Origin: a virus
Taxonomy: Duplodnaviria > Heunggongvirae > Uroviricota > Caudoviricetes
IMG/VR virus record: IMGVR_UViG_3300011187_000002
Reading direction: 5' to 3' (one strand)
Length of the DNA: 64,000 nucleotides
In this document: in pieces, positions 45,818 through 54,155 of the stretch
Layout of the letters: the number at the start of each line of letters is the position of its first letter
How positions within the stretch are numbered: the stretch's first letter is position 1
Made by a program: the position numbers and the translations under genes
Notes under the pieces: model-generated
Database searches by the model: none
The model's input: only the letters and a program-made list of their open reading frames with translations
What the model was told of the DNA's origin: nothing

Positions 45818-46738
45818 TTAATCCGAATCTTCGATCTTACCGCCAAAGCCTATCATAACAGATCCCTCGTTACTTTGCGAGAGGCTTGGGAGCGTTTCTT
45901 CACCACGCTCGGCGCGGTTCCATCGACGCTTTTCACGGCGGGTCGCTTTCTGTTGTTGTCGCTCAACGCATACCGCTTCCCACGGGCACCACTTACAGTG
46001 GGACGGTTCCGGGTTTGCCTTGAAACGTTTCTTCTGGATGTTGGTAAACGCAGCTACCAGATCGTTGCGCAATTTCGCAATACTTTCCGGGTCAGGCTTG
46101 ATCCAGTCAAACGCTTTCTCGGGGTCATCGGCGAAACGGTAGTAATAAAAGCCCAGACGGTCTGGCAAACGATTGTGCAATAGCTTGAATGCCAAGGCAT
46201 AGAACAAGAGCTGCTCTTCGTCTACGTACTTTTCACGGTGCTTAGACGACTTGCCGTCAATCAACAGCACTTCGTCGTTTTTCTTGCGGATCAAGAAGTC
46301 GGCGATCCCGTACAAAAAATAGCTCGACTGTAGCTGCGTGCGAAGAACCACCTCGCTTCGCGCATACGGCCCTAAGAGCTTTTCACGCTTAATACCTTCC
46401 AGCACCTTGGGTACGATCTCCAAACACGTCTCAAGCAATTCTAGCGGCTCGTACCGGCACTTGATATCGTTGAAGTCAACGTGCTCCTCGTCGAGGAACT
46501 CGTAAAAATACTTCGGCACCAAATCAAGTAGCTTTTGCGAAGTCCCTTTGCCGGATCGCCACAACTCATCGTTGTAGAAATCTTCGTAAACACGCTGGAC
46601 CACACTACCAACAACCGCATTATGCTTCGAATCCGGTTCGGGTGGTTCCTCTTTATCTACACGTGTGAGGCGGTACCTCTTAGGACACTCGCGGTACGTC
46701 TTGTACCCTGAGTACGATAACCAGTATTGCTTTCCCAT
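45818..46738 (-). CDS. PD-(D/E)XK nuclease (RecB/Cas4-like, Fe-S Cys)
   Basis: LSYS...CPKRY, GIADF, IDGKS, QLLFY, CKWCPW..VC. Confidence 0.88.
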   Translation of the reverse strand: MGKQYWLSYSGYKTYRECPKRYRLTRVDKEEPPEPDSKHNAVVGSVVQRVYEDFYNDELWRSGKGTSQKLLDLVPKYFYEFLDEEHVDFNDIKCRYEPLELLETCLEIVPKVLEGIKREKLLGPYARSEVVLRTQLQSSYFLYGIADFLIRKKNDEVLLIDGKSSKHREKYVDEEQLLFYALAFKLLHNRLPDRLGFYYYRFADDPEKAFDWIKPDPESIAKLRNDLVAAFTNIQKKRFKANPEPSHCKWCPWEAVCVERQQQKATRREKRRWNRAERGEETLPSLSQSNEGSVMIGFGGKIEDSD

Positions 46739-46741
46739 ACT

Positions 46742-47710
46742 TTATCCTGACGCTGCTGCTTCTAAGTAGCGGAGCGCCCGGTTTCGTACCTCGTGATCGA
46801 AATCCTCCAAGCCTTCGATAGCTTGGCGGATGTTATCTTCTTCGTTCACGGACGCAGACTCTGATAGCGTTTTAATGAAATGGTCGATATCTTTCCGTTC
46901 CTGTTTGATACGCTCATGCTTCTCTAGATCAAACACTTCGGAAGCCGGTTTTACTTCGATTTCAATCGGTTCGGTGTGGATTTTTACCTCACCCTCCACT
47001 TTTTCCACGCGGATATAACCGATCCGGGGGATGCGCTTCAGATTGTCATTGGTAAGCGACCCCCTGCTGAGGGAACCCAAGTTGATAAAGGGCTTCCCCA
47101 ACACCTCTTGAATGCCTTGATCAATGTGGTAGTGCCCGAAAATGAAAACGTCCGGGGAGCATTCAGCTAGTTGCTGGTATGACAAAAATTGCTCACGCCC
47201 GAAACTTTCCGTCCCGGTAGGTGAAGCATACGTATGGGCGGCCACGATCAATACGTCTTCGTCCCCGCGCTCAATTTCAAAGTCAAACACATCGAAATCG
47301 ATCTTGTAAGGCAAACCCACGACGCGGACCACAAGACCATCGTCGTCTTCGAACCGGACGTCTCCCATACGTTCAAAAACCCCGGTTGCGAATAAAACGC
47401 CAAGGGGTTGCTTTTCTACGTAATCGACGTTGGCATACGGAAAGTCATGATTGCCGGGGTTTTCATAAACCGGACAGGGATAGGACCGGTGCAGATCAGC
47501 TACCTTACGTACCAACAAATGGCTGTTTCGTGACGCCGCCTTGTTGTGAAAAAAGTCGCCGTTATCCAACACGGCATTCACTTTCTTTTCACGGGCCATG
47601 TCGCCGATCTGTCGGAGCTTACCAAGTAGCGTTTCCATGTAATCGTCGCACCTAGACTCCGGTGGACGATCGTTAATATGGACGTCGGTTCTAACCAAAA
47701 ATGAAATCAT
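46742..47710 (-). CDS. sbcD: SbcD/Mre11 metallophosphoesterase nuclease
   Basis: TDVH, NGDFFH, PGNHD, AHT, FGHYH. Confidence 0.92.
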   Translation of the reverse strand: MISFLVRTDVHINDRPPESRCDDYMETLLGKLRQIGDMAREKKVNAVLDNGDFFHNKAASRNSHLLVRKVADLHRSYPCPVYENPGNHDFPYANVDYVEKQPLGVLFATGVFERMGDVRFEDDDGLVVRVVGLPYKIDFDVFDFEIERGDEDVLIVAAHTYASPTGTESFGREQFLSYQQLAECSPDVFIFGHYHIDQGIQEVLGKPFINLGSLSRGSLTNDNLKRIPRIGYIRVEKVEGEVKIHTEPIEIEVKPASEVFDLEKHERIKQERKDIDHFIKTLSESASVNEEDNIRQAIEGLEDFDHEVRNRALRYLEAAASG

Positions 47711-48879
47711 GGGGACACATCCCGTTCACAAGTAGGACAGGTACCTGCCTCGTGCAGGGTTACATGCAACTCATCCTTATTGGCCTCGATCTGCTTGTCA
47801 AGGTCGCCGATCTCAGCCTTAGTGGCGGGGATAAGCGAAAGGATACTGTCCAGACGGGTTGCTATTTTGTCAAGGTCTTTACATTCGATATAGGCATCTT
47901 CAAGGTCGCCTAGCGTCGGCAATTCCAAACTGCCAAGATCCTTGAAACGCCTTACCACACTTCCGATGCGGCGGGTCTTGGCGGCTAGGGATTCTAGCTC
48001 CCTGATCTCACCAAGCAACCCATCGTCATCCCATTCAGGAATATCGACCTTTTCTACACCCGCGAACTTCTTGAGTTCGGTGCGACCACGATCGAAACGC
48101 CGGGCATACCGCGCCAGCGTTTCAACCTCTTTAACAGCATCGTCGCCATCCCATGAGGGAACGGAAAGAGCTTCGACCCCATCCAAATGTTGGAGTGTAG
48201 TGCCCAAAGTGGAACGCTTCTTTTCGAACCCATCGAGGACTTCGATCTCCTTGTTAAGAGCCGTAATGCCTCGGTAGTAGGTCCGTACTTCCTCTACCTG
48301 TGCCATATCGTCGTCGTAATTCTCGTAGCGATTTAGTTCTTCTTTTACAGCATCGAGGTCCGTGCGTCGGACCTTCCGCGTGCTCCGCACTTCCCGACGT
48401 TCCTTATCGCAATTTCTAAGTGCGGTCTGGACGTCAGTAAGGCGGCCCACATCGGAAATGGCTTCGGCTGCAAGGCTGCCAACCTCATTCAAAAGGAATA
48501 GGGGGTGGAACTGATCGGAGATCTGAACGTTGATGGAATCACGTCCCACCTTCATCTCACCGAATCCGGCCTCGGCCACGTGGGGAAGGCTGCCCCTCCC
48601 CACGCTTTCAAGAACCTCTCCGTTGATCACGTAACCATTGTGACCGCCGCCCTTTTTCCAAATGAGATTGAACTCCGGGCAATCCAATTCGACCTCGGCG
48701 TGATCAGCGGTTCCGCCTTTCGTTACGAAATCATCGCCCTCTCGGTTAACGAGGGCTCCTTGAATTGCCCGGACCATCGCCGACTTACCGATGTTGGACT
48801 TACCAACTACTACGGTAAAGCCGTCGATTTCGATCTCAGCGTCCTCAACGGACTGGAAGTTCTGGATTCGAACTTTCAC
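47707..48879 (-). CDS. sbcC: SbcC/Rad50 N-terminal half ending at the zinc hook
   Basis: IQNFQS, Walker A GKSNIGKS, Q-loop, coiled coil, terminal CPTC; no Walker B. Confidence 0.88.
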   Translation of the reverse strand: MKVRIQNFQSVEDAEIEIDGFTVVVGKSNIGKSAMVRAIQGALVNREGDDFVTKGGTADHAEVELDCPEFNLIWKKGGGHNGYVINGEVLESVGRGSLPHVAEAGFGEMKVGRDSINVQISDQFHPLFLLNEVGSLAAEAISDVGRLTDVQTALRNCDKERREVRSTRKVRRTDLDAVKEELNRYENYDDDMAQVEEVRTYYRGITALNKEIEVLDGFEKKRSTLGTTLQHLDGVEALSVPSWDGDDAVKEVETLARYARRFDRGRTELKKFAGVEKVDIPEWDDDGLLGEIRELESLAAKTRRIGSVVRRFKDLGSLELPTLGDLEDAYIECKDLDKIATRLDSILSLIPATKAEIGDLDKQIEANKDELHVTLHEAGTCPTCERDVSP

Positions 48880-50210
48880 GTATCATCCATCTCGTTTTCG
48901 AGGAATACGGCTGTGGCCGGGTTTTCGTCGAGGTAATCAATAGCGGCATCTCTGCCCCGTACTGATTGCTCTTCACCATCTTCATCGGTGAATTTATACC
49001 ACGGACCGGCTTGGTCGATCAATCCCTCTTCAAGAGCTAGATCAACTAGCGCTTCGATAGCAGGGTCCACGACCTTTTCAGACGTAGTTTCACCCGTAGC
49101 TTCGGAGGTATCATCCTCGTTCTCGCCGATCTTAGTGACGCCGCCCAACGCTGAGAAAGACGAAATCTGATTGACGAGGTGCATGAACTGCGAGGTGTTT
49201 TCAAGCAAGTAATCCCGAAGGTTCTCCTTGCCCTGCAAGCTCTGCTCTTCACCTTGCTGGTCCACGAACTTGTACCACGCGCCCGCACGTTGAATCAGAT
49301 TGCGATTCTCAGCAATGTCCATGATAGAACGCACGTTGTCGATTCCTTCGCCGTAGCGTAGCACAAAATCAGTGCTGTGGCCTTGGTGCATCGACACTTT
49401 GTTCTTGGTGCATTGGGCGCGAACGATGTTGCAAATCGGCTGCTTTTCGCTATCGCCAGTGAGATCGTTTTCGATCTTGGAGTATTCGGTTTTCACCCGC
49501 TTGATCTTCAAACGGAGCGAAGCGTAATACTTCAAAGCGCGGCCACCCGACGTATCCTCGTCCGGTCCCGTATCGTACTTGCTCGTCTTGATCCGGCAGC
49601 GAAGCTGGTTCAAGTAAATAAGCGACGTTCCCGAATGGCGGAGGTCGTGAACAAGGTTCGGCAAAAAGCTCGATTGAAGTCGAGCAAGCAAACCGATCTG
49701 TCCCGTTTCAGACACATCCTTTTCGAAAGTCGCCTGCGGTACCATAGCCGACACTGAGTCAATGATGATCAGGTCGACTTTAGCGTTGACCATGATCTTG
49801 ATGATCTCGGCACCCTCTTCCCATGTGATCGGGGAATACAGGTCCCATTTGTCGTCGCTAAAATCCACACCCAAGGCTTGGGCATAGGCGGGAGCAATGG
49901 CGTTCTCATAATCAAGGAAGCAAACACTGCCTCCTTCGCTCTGGCACTTCACAGCCGCTTCAAGCGCAAGCGTCGTCTTACCGGACCCTTCGGGACCGTA
50001 GATTTCTGTCATGCGCCCACGGGGAAGTCCGGGGCATTGTCGTTGACCGTTAGGGAGCTTGTTGCCCCCGATCAAGAAATCAATAACAAGCGAACCGGTC
50101 GAAATTGCATCAACCGGCGTCGTGTTATTGGGGTCGAGTTCGACTCGGTTCTTGAAGTCGATCTTCTTGTTCTTCTTTAAGGCCGCTCGGGCCTTTGCTA
50201 GATTGGACAT
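48876..50210 (-). CDS. recA: RecA recombinase with duplicated C-terminal domain
   Basis: ISTGSLVID, GPEGSGKTT, IDSVSAM, SGGRALKYYAS; LIQRAGAWY and LIDQAGPWY repeats. Confidence 0.95.
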   Translation of the reverse strand: MSNLAKARAALKKNKKIDFKNRVELDPNNTTPVDAISTGSLVIDFLIGGNKLPNGQRQCPGLPRGRMTEIYGPEGSGKTTLALEAAVKCQSEGGSVCFLDYENAIAPAYAQALGVDFSDDKWDLYSPITWEEGAEIIKIMVNAKVDLIIIDSVSAMVPQATFEKDVSETGQIGLLARLQSSFLPNLVHDLRHSGTSLIYLNQLRCRIKTSKYDTGPDEDTSGGRALKYYASLRLKIKRVKTEYSKIENDLTGDSEKQPICNIVRAQCTKNKVSMHQGHSTDFVLRYGEGIDNVRSIMDIAENRNLIQRAGAWYKFVDQQGEEQSLQGKENLRDYLLENTSQFMHLVNQISSFSALGGVTKIGENEDDTSEATGETTSEKVVDPAIEALVDLALEEGLIDQAGPWYKFTDEDGEEQSVRGRDAAIDYLDENPATAVFLENEMDDT

Positions 50211-50259
50211 GTGGGTTGTCCCCTTGTCGTCGTAATCGTTTCATTCGACTTAACTTCCA

Positions 50260-50922
50260 TTATTCTTCGTAGAGGTAGTCGTACTTTTCGTCTTTCAACA
50301 AATAGTATTTTTCATCCTCTTGATAGATCAAGCCTTTGTACTCGATCTTCCCCGTTTTACGCTTTTTGACTGTCTTGGTGAACGCCTGTGCCTCTTTCGA
50401 GGATAGATCATCTTCGGTGATATCACCGTCGAGGAGCGACTTGAATCGGGCAGCAAAGTACCCGATCAAATAGGCGTCAGCCACGTTGTTATTGAGGCGA
50501 CCTTCCCACTCACCATCGAGTAGATCCTTCATCGCATCTTTCATGTCGCTCTTGAACATCTTGCCTTTATCGTCCAAAACGTCTCGGACAAAAGCCTTCA
50601 GTTGCGTCGGCATGAAATATACGAAAGGGAGCCGGTGATTCATCAAGATCTCGATCGTATACATATAGAGGGCATAAAGCCCCATAGCATAGCTCGCCCG
50701 GTAAGGCGGATGCTCGATCCCAACGAAATCAATGTCGTGTCCGCAGTCTTTAATGATCTCATCAAGACCATCAGCTAACATGCGGTAGCGACGTGGCATA
50801 AAGGTTTTGGCGGTCGTCTTCATGACACCATAGTCAAGAACGGAATCCATCCCATCCTTATCAGTGTCAATCAGAGTCCACCCGTAACCCGTTATAGACG
50901 GGTCCAGTCCAAGTACAATCAT
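50260..50922 (-). CDS. ruvC: RuvC-like Holliday junction resolvase
   Basis: LGLDPS, GIEHP, PTQLK, NVADAY. Confidence 0.88.
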   Translation of the reverse strand: MIVLGLDPSITGYGWTLIDTDKDGMDSVLDYGVMKTTAKTFMPRRYRMLADGLDEIIKDCGHDIDFVGIEHPPYRASYAMGLYALYMYTIEILMNHRLPFVYFMPTQLKAFVRDVLDDKGKMFKSDMKDAMKDLLDGEWEGRLNNNVADAYLIGYFAARFKSLLDGDITEDDLSSKEAQAFTKTVKKRKTGKIEYKGLIYQEDEKYYLLKDEKYDYLYEE

Positions 50923-50941
50923 AGGCTATATAGGGGGCAAA

Positions 50942-50967
50942 GGGGCGGGACCCGAAAGCCCCACCCC
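50942..50967 (-). terminator. Terminator-like hairpin after ssb
   Basis: GGGGUGGGGCU-UUCG-GGUCCCGCCCC followed by UUU. Confidence 0.65.
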
Positions 50968-50979
50968 GATAGACTTCGA

Positions 50980-51672
50980 TTAGTCGATGTCTTCCATCAG
51001 ATCATCATAGTCGATGTCTGAGGAAACGTCGGGTACGACGTCCGTATCCTCGCCGAAGTGCTGCTTGATCTCATCAACAGAGAGATCACGGCAAAGAGAA
51101 AGGGTGTGCTCCTGTTCGGCAACACGCTCCAGAATCTTTTCACGGATCTGGTCGTTGCGCTGCCACAAAGCCTGACCGTTGCACGCGGTGAACGACAGTT
51201 TTTGGTACTGATCGTCGGTGCAAGTGACTTTGATATCATGAGCGGTGAGGGGGAATTCCTCGTGGATCGTAGCAAGAAGACGGTACTTGTCTTCACCGAA
51301 TTGCCACTCCAAGACTTCGAAGTCCAGTTGCGGCTTTCCGTCTGCGCCTTTCGGCAGTGATCCGTTGCGGTCGGTCTTGTACTTCAGGACGAAAGTACCG
51401 ATACGACGCTTCGGGGGTCCGAATTTTTGCGTCGTGTACTCCCCTTTGGCATTGATGTATCCAAGGCCGGGGGCGTAGTGGTAATTAGCCATCTTGAACT
51501 TGGGGGTGTCAGTCTCCGCCATGCGACGGTTACCCTCCTCGTCCTTGAAAAACCATACGATCGCGAGACGATCGGTGTGGTTCTTCTTACCTTTGTACCG
51601 CTCAACGCGGCCTCCGGTCATAACTTTCTTGTCGTCTTGCCCAAAACCAATCAACTGTTCTGCATCAGACAT
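50980..51672 (-). CDS. gp32-like single-stranded DNA-binding protein
   Basis: Aromatic/basic OB-like core, acidic tail DIDYDDLMEDID; next to recA/ruvC. Confidence 0.7.
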   Translation of the reverse strand: MSDAEQLIGFGQDDKKVMTGGRVERYKGKKNHTDRLAIVWFFKDEEGNRRMAETDTPKFKMANYHYAPGLGYINAKGEYTTQKFGPPKRRIGTFVLKYKTDRNGSLPKGADGKPQLDFEVLEWQFGEDKYRLLATIHEEFPLTAHDIKVTCTDDQYQKLSFTACNGQALWQRNDQIREKILERVAEQEHTLSLCRDLSVDEIKQHFGEDTDVVPDVSSDIDYDDLMEDID

Positions 51673-51894
51673 AGGTATGTCCTCATCGTTTTAGACGGCC
51701 TACCAGCGCGTGGACTACTTTGGCATCCAATAAGGTGCGATGGTCGCTGCGCTTTAGCACCGTCAGTTGTTATTAAGTGGCCGATCACCAACCCATTTGG
51801 TGAGGGCCTAGAGAAGTTAGGTGGGAAGATATCAGGCAGTGTGTAAAAGGTAGGTTATGTGATCACTGCCTGTGATCTAGCTGTTAAAAACGCC
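51673..51894 (-). promoter_or_regulatory. Long structured 5' leader or ncRNA upstream of ssb
   Basis: IR CAGGCAGTG 51833-41/51864-72; hairpin GGCC-UCACCAA/UUGGUGA-GGCC 51779-51808; further GACGG/CCGTC pairing. Confidence 0.5.
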
Positions 51895-52131
51895 TTATTC
51901 GGCGTCTTCGACGTTGAACTGAGCCGTCACATCGCGAGGCTCAGTGCCTCCCTTGTCTGGACCCTTGCCACAAGCCAAAAGCTCTTTACGGCAATCGTTG
52001 AGTGCCTCACGGGCATTCATCAGGGTCTTTCTTGCTCGGGTTGCTGCGGCACGGTTTCCACCGTAACCTTTCACAACGTCTTCCTCGGAAGCCCGGAGGG
52101 CTTTTACGAGATCTTCGTAGGCGCTAGCCAT
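51895..52131 (-). CDS. Histone H1-like Hc1-family nucleoid protein
   Basis: EDVVKGYGGNRAAATRARKTL matches the D..K...GNKAAG.R.RK signature. Confidence 0.75.
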   Translation of the reverse strand: MASAYEDLVKALRASEEDVVKGYGGNRAAATRARKTLMNAREALNDCRKELLACGKGPDKGGTEPRDVTAQFNVEDAE

Positions 52132-52150
52132 AATTAACTCCGTTACCTTG

Positions 52151-52168
52151 CCTTCTCTATAGAGAAGG
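52151..52168. promoter_or_regulatory. Perfect 18-bp palindrome upstream of the Hc1 gene
   Basis: CCTTCTCTATAGAGAAGG with TATA at the apex. Confidence 0.6.
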
Positions 52169-52191
52169 AATTATCAAAAGAATACCGAATC

Positions 52192-53001
52192 TCAGGCGAG
52201 GCTTTCCAGTGCCGCTTCGAAATCGAGGTCCATTTCGGATTCCTCTTCGAAAACCGCTGTCTTGTCAGCCTCCCCCACATCCGGCTTGTCCGATACGGAC
52301 TGATCCGTATCGCTAGACTCTACTTTAACATCTTGATCTGCGCTGTCAACCCCTTGATCACTCTTTTCTTGATCTTCGCCGATAACGAACAGGTTCTCAT
52401 AGTCCGGCTCGGCTTTCCCTTTGGTTTCGGGATCTTCGTCCGGGTTTTCAAACATGTTATCGGAGTCAACTTCGATATCTTCGGCTTCGATCTGGGGTGA
52501 ATCAAAGTCCCCCATATCGTTGCCCCACATGGCACCGGTTTCGATCTCCGCCTGAATCAGTTGCTTTTGCAAGCGAATGTCCCGGTTCACGTCCCTAAGC
52601 TCACGGAGCTTCGATTCGATCACAGTATCAACGTGACCGGCGTCCGTAAGGGAAAGCTGCAAATCATTGATCTGGCCGATCTCCTCTTGCAACTTGGTAC
52701 GGGCCAGTGCCTCACGATCGGCTTTCGATAGGCCACGCATCTGAACGATCTCAGGGTCGTTTGCCATGAGGTCGTTGTACTGTAGCTCGAAATCAGCTTC
52801 CACCATGCGGAGCCGCCGTTCGATCTGGCGCATATACATCTGGCATTCACGGGCGAAACGCTGCACTTCATTGGTGAAGTTACGGCACTTAGCGACCATG
52901 TTGTTCAGGAACTTTGGGCCTCGTTCGATTGGATCGTAATCCAACTCAAGGTCCATTTCCGAAATGCGCTCAAAAATTACGTCTACTCTTTCGTCGTCCA
53001 T
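52192..53001 (-). CDS. UvsY-like recombination mediator / coiled-coil protein
   Basis: Long helices, SKADREALAR..L, acidic tail; recombination cluster. Confidence 0.45.
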   Translation of the reverse strand: MDDERVDVIFERISEMDLELDYDPIERGPKFLNNMVAKCRNFTNEVQRFARECQMYMRQIERRLRMVEADFELQYNDLMANDPEIVQMRGLSKADREALARTKLQEEIGQINDLQLSLTDAGHVDTVIESKLRELRDVNRDIRLQKQLIQAEIETGAMWGNDMGDFDSPQIEAEDIEVDSDNMFENPDEDPETKGKAEPDYENLFVIGEDQEKSDQGVDSADQDVKVESSDTDQSVSDKPDVGEADKTAVFEEESEMDLDFEAALESLA

Positions 53002-53019
53002 ATTACCCTCCTATTCCGA

Positions 53020-53412
53020 TCATGATTGTGCGACCGGATTACGAATGGCCTCATCATTAGCCGACGATTGACTGTCGGTATCCGATTCCTCGACCGCTTT
53101 AATACGCGCACGCTGCAAAGCCTCGTACATCGGCGTGAGCTTTTGCACCTGCGCTTGTCTATTGTTCTTTGTGATCTGCTGGCGGATGAATGCGTCGGTG
53201 TAGAGGTCCTCGACCACTTTCTGGGCCAAACACGACTCTGTATACCGGGCCTCTTCCATCGTCCACCCCTCGTCGTCTTCACACTTGGCGGTGTACGACA
53301 AAAAGGATGAGGTCTTAATCCCGGCTGGGCTTCGCCCTTCCAGTGAATAGGAAGACGTCACCCGTTCGATTCGGATCGAATCTCGGAGTTCCTGCTCTGT
53401 TCGTTTGCTCAT
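53020..53412 (-). CDS. Hypothetical protein
   Basis: SD GAGG; preceded by TTGACT-N16-TAAGGT. Confidence 0.65.
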   Translation of the reverse strand: MSKRTEQELRDSIRIERVTSSYSLEGRSPAGIKTSSFLSYTAKCEDDEGWTMEEARYTESCLAQKVVEDLYTDAFIRQQITKNNRQAQVQKLTPMYEALQRARIKAVEESDTDSQSSANDEAIRNPVAQS

Positions 53413-53456
53413 AGTAGTGCTTCCTCGTTAGTAATCACGAACGGATCGTAACCCTT

Positions 53457-53484
53457 ACCTTACCAGATCGAACCACCTAGTCAA
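53457..53484 (-). promoter_or_regulatory. Sigma70-like promoter
   Basis: TTGACT-N16-TAAGGT with TG extension. Confidence 0.45.
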
Positions 53485-54155
53485 TAGGTGATCTTCGTGG
53501 GTCCAACAAATAGTTTTGCGAAATGATCTACTACGTCTTCGATGGTTTCAAAATGATGATAGAAACGGGAAGCCCCTCCGGTATCAGCATAGCCGGGACT
53601 TTTCGTTTTACCAATGCCCCCATCATTGCCGTATACTTTTACCCGACCAACATAATCATCACCTATCCCCTTGTTACTCGAAGGACAAGCCCCGCTCTGA
53701 GCATCCATGATCTCCGCCGTGGCTCCCGTCAACATCAAGTTGGCGGGGTAACGTCCCTTGGAAGTATCAAGTGCGCCGCTACCTGAGCTACGTTCGAACG
53801 TCCCTAACTGCCCTTTGCTGGCATACATCCTACCAGACTTAGGGGTGTTACACCGTTCCATAGCTTCTTGGTCCCATTTATCAACAGGTATCCGGCACGT
53901 ATTCACATCCAACGTCCCGACCCCCTTGCGTATGACCTGATCGACGTATGTGCTATCTACAGGGACGCGGCCTACCAGAACCACGACCGGAATGTCATCG
54001 GTCTGGTAACTGATAGCATCCCGGATCTCAAAGCCTAAGCGCCTTAGTGAGAAGCCCGCGCAATCTACCCGAGCGATGGGGCTTACAAAAGCTACCAAAG
54101 CCCCTGCGTCTAAATCAGGGGCCTCTGTGGTGGGGTATTTAGCTATCCAGTTCAT
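53481..54155 (-). CDS. DNA methyltransferase-derived protein lacking catalytic and SAM motifs
   Basis: GFEIRD, GVGTLDVNTCRI, GRYPANL, DTGGASRFY retained; no DPPY and no FxGxG. Confidence 0.7.
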   Translation of the reverse strand: MNWIAKYPTTEAPDLDAGALVAFVSPIARVDCAGFSLRRLGFEIRDAISYQTDDIPVVVLVGRVPVDSTYVDQVIRKGVGTLDVNTCRIPVDKWDQEAMERCNTPKSGRMYASKGQLGTFERSSGSGALDTSKGRYPANLMLTGATAEIMDAQSGACPSSNKGIGDDYVGRVKVYGNDGGIGKTKSPGYADTGGASRFYHHFETIEDVVDHFAKLFVGPTKITY

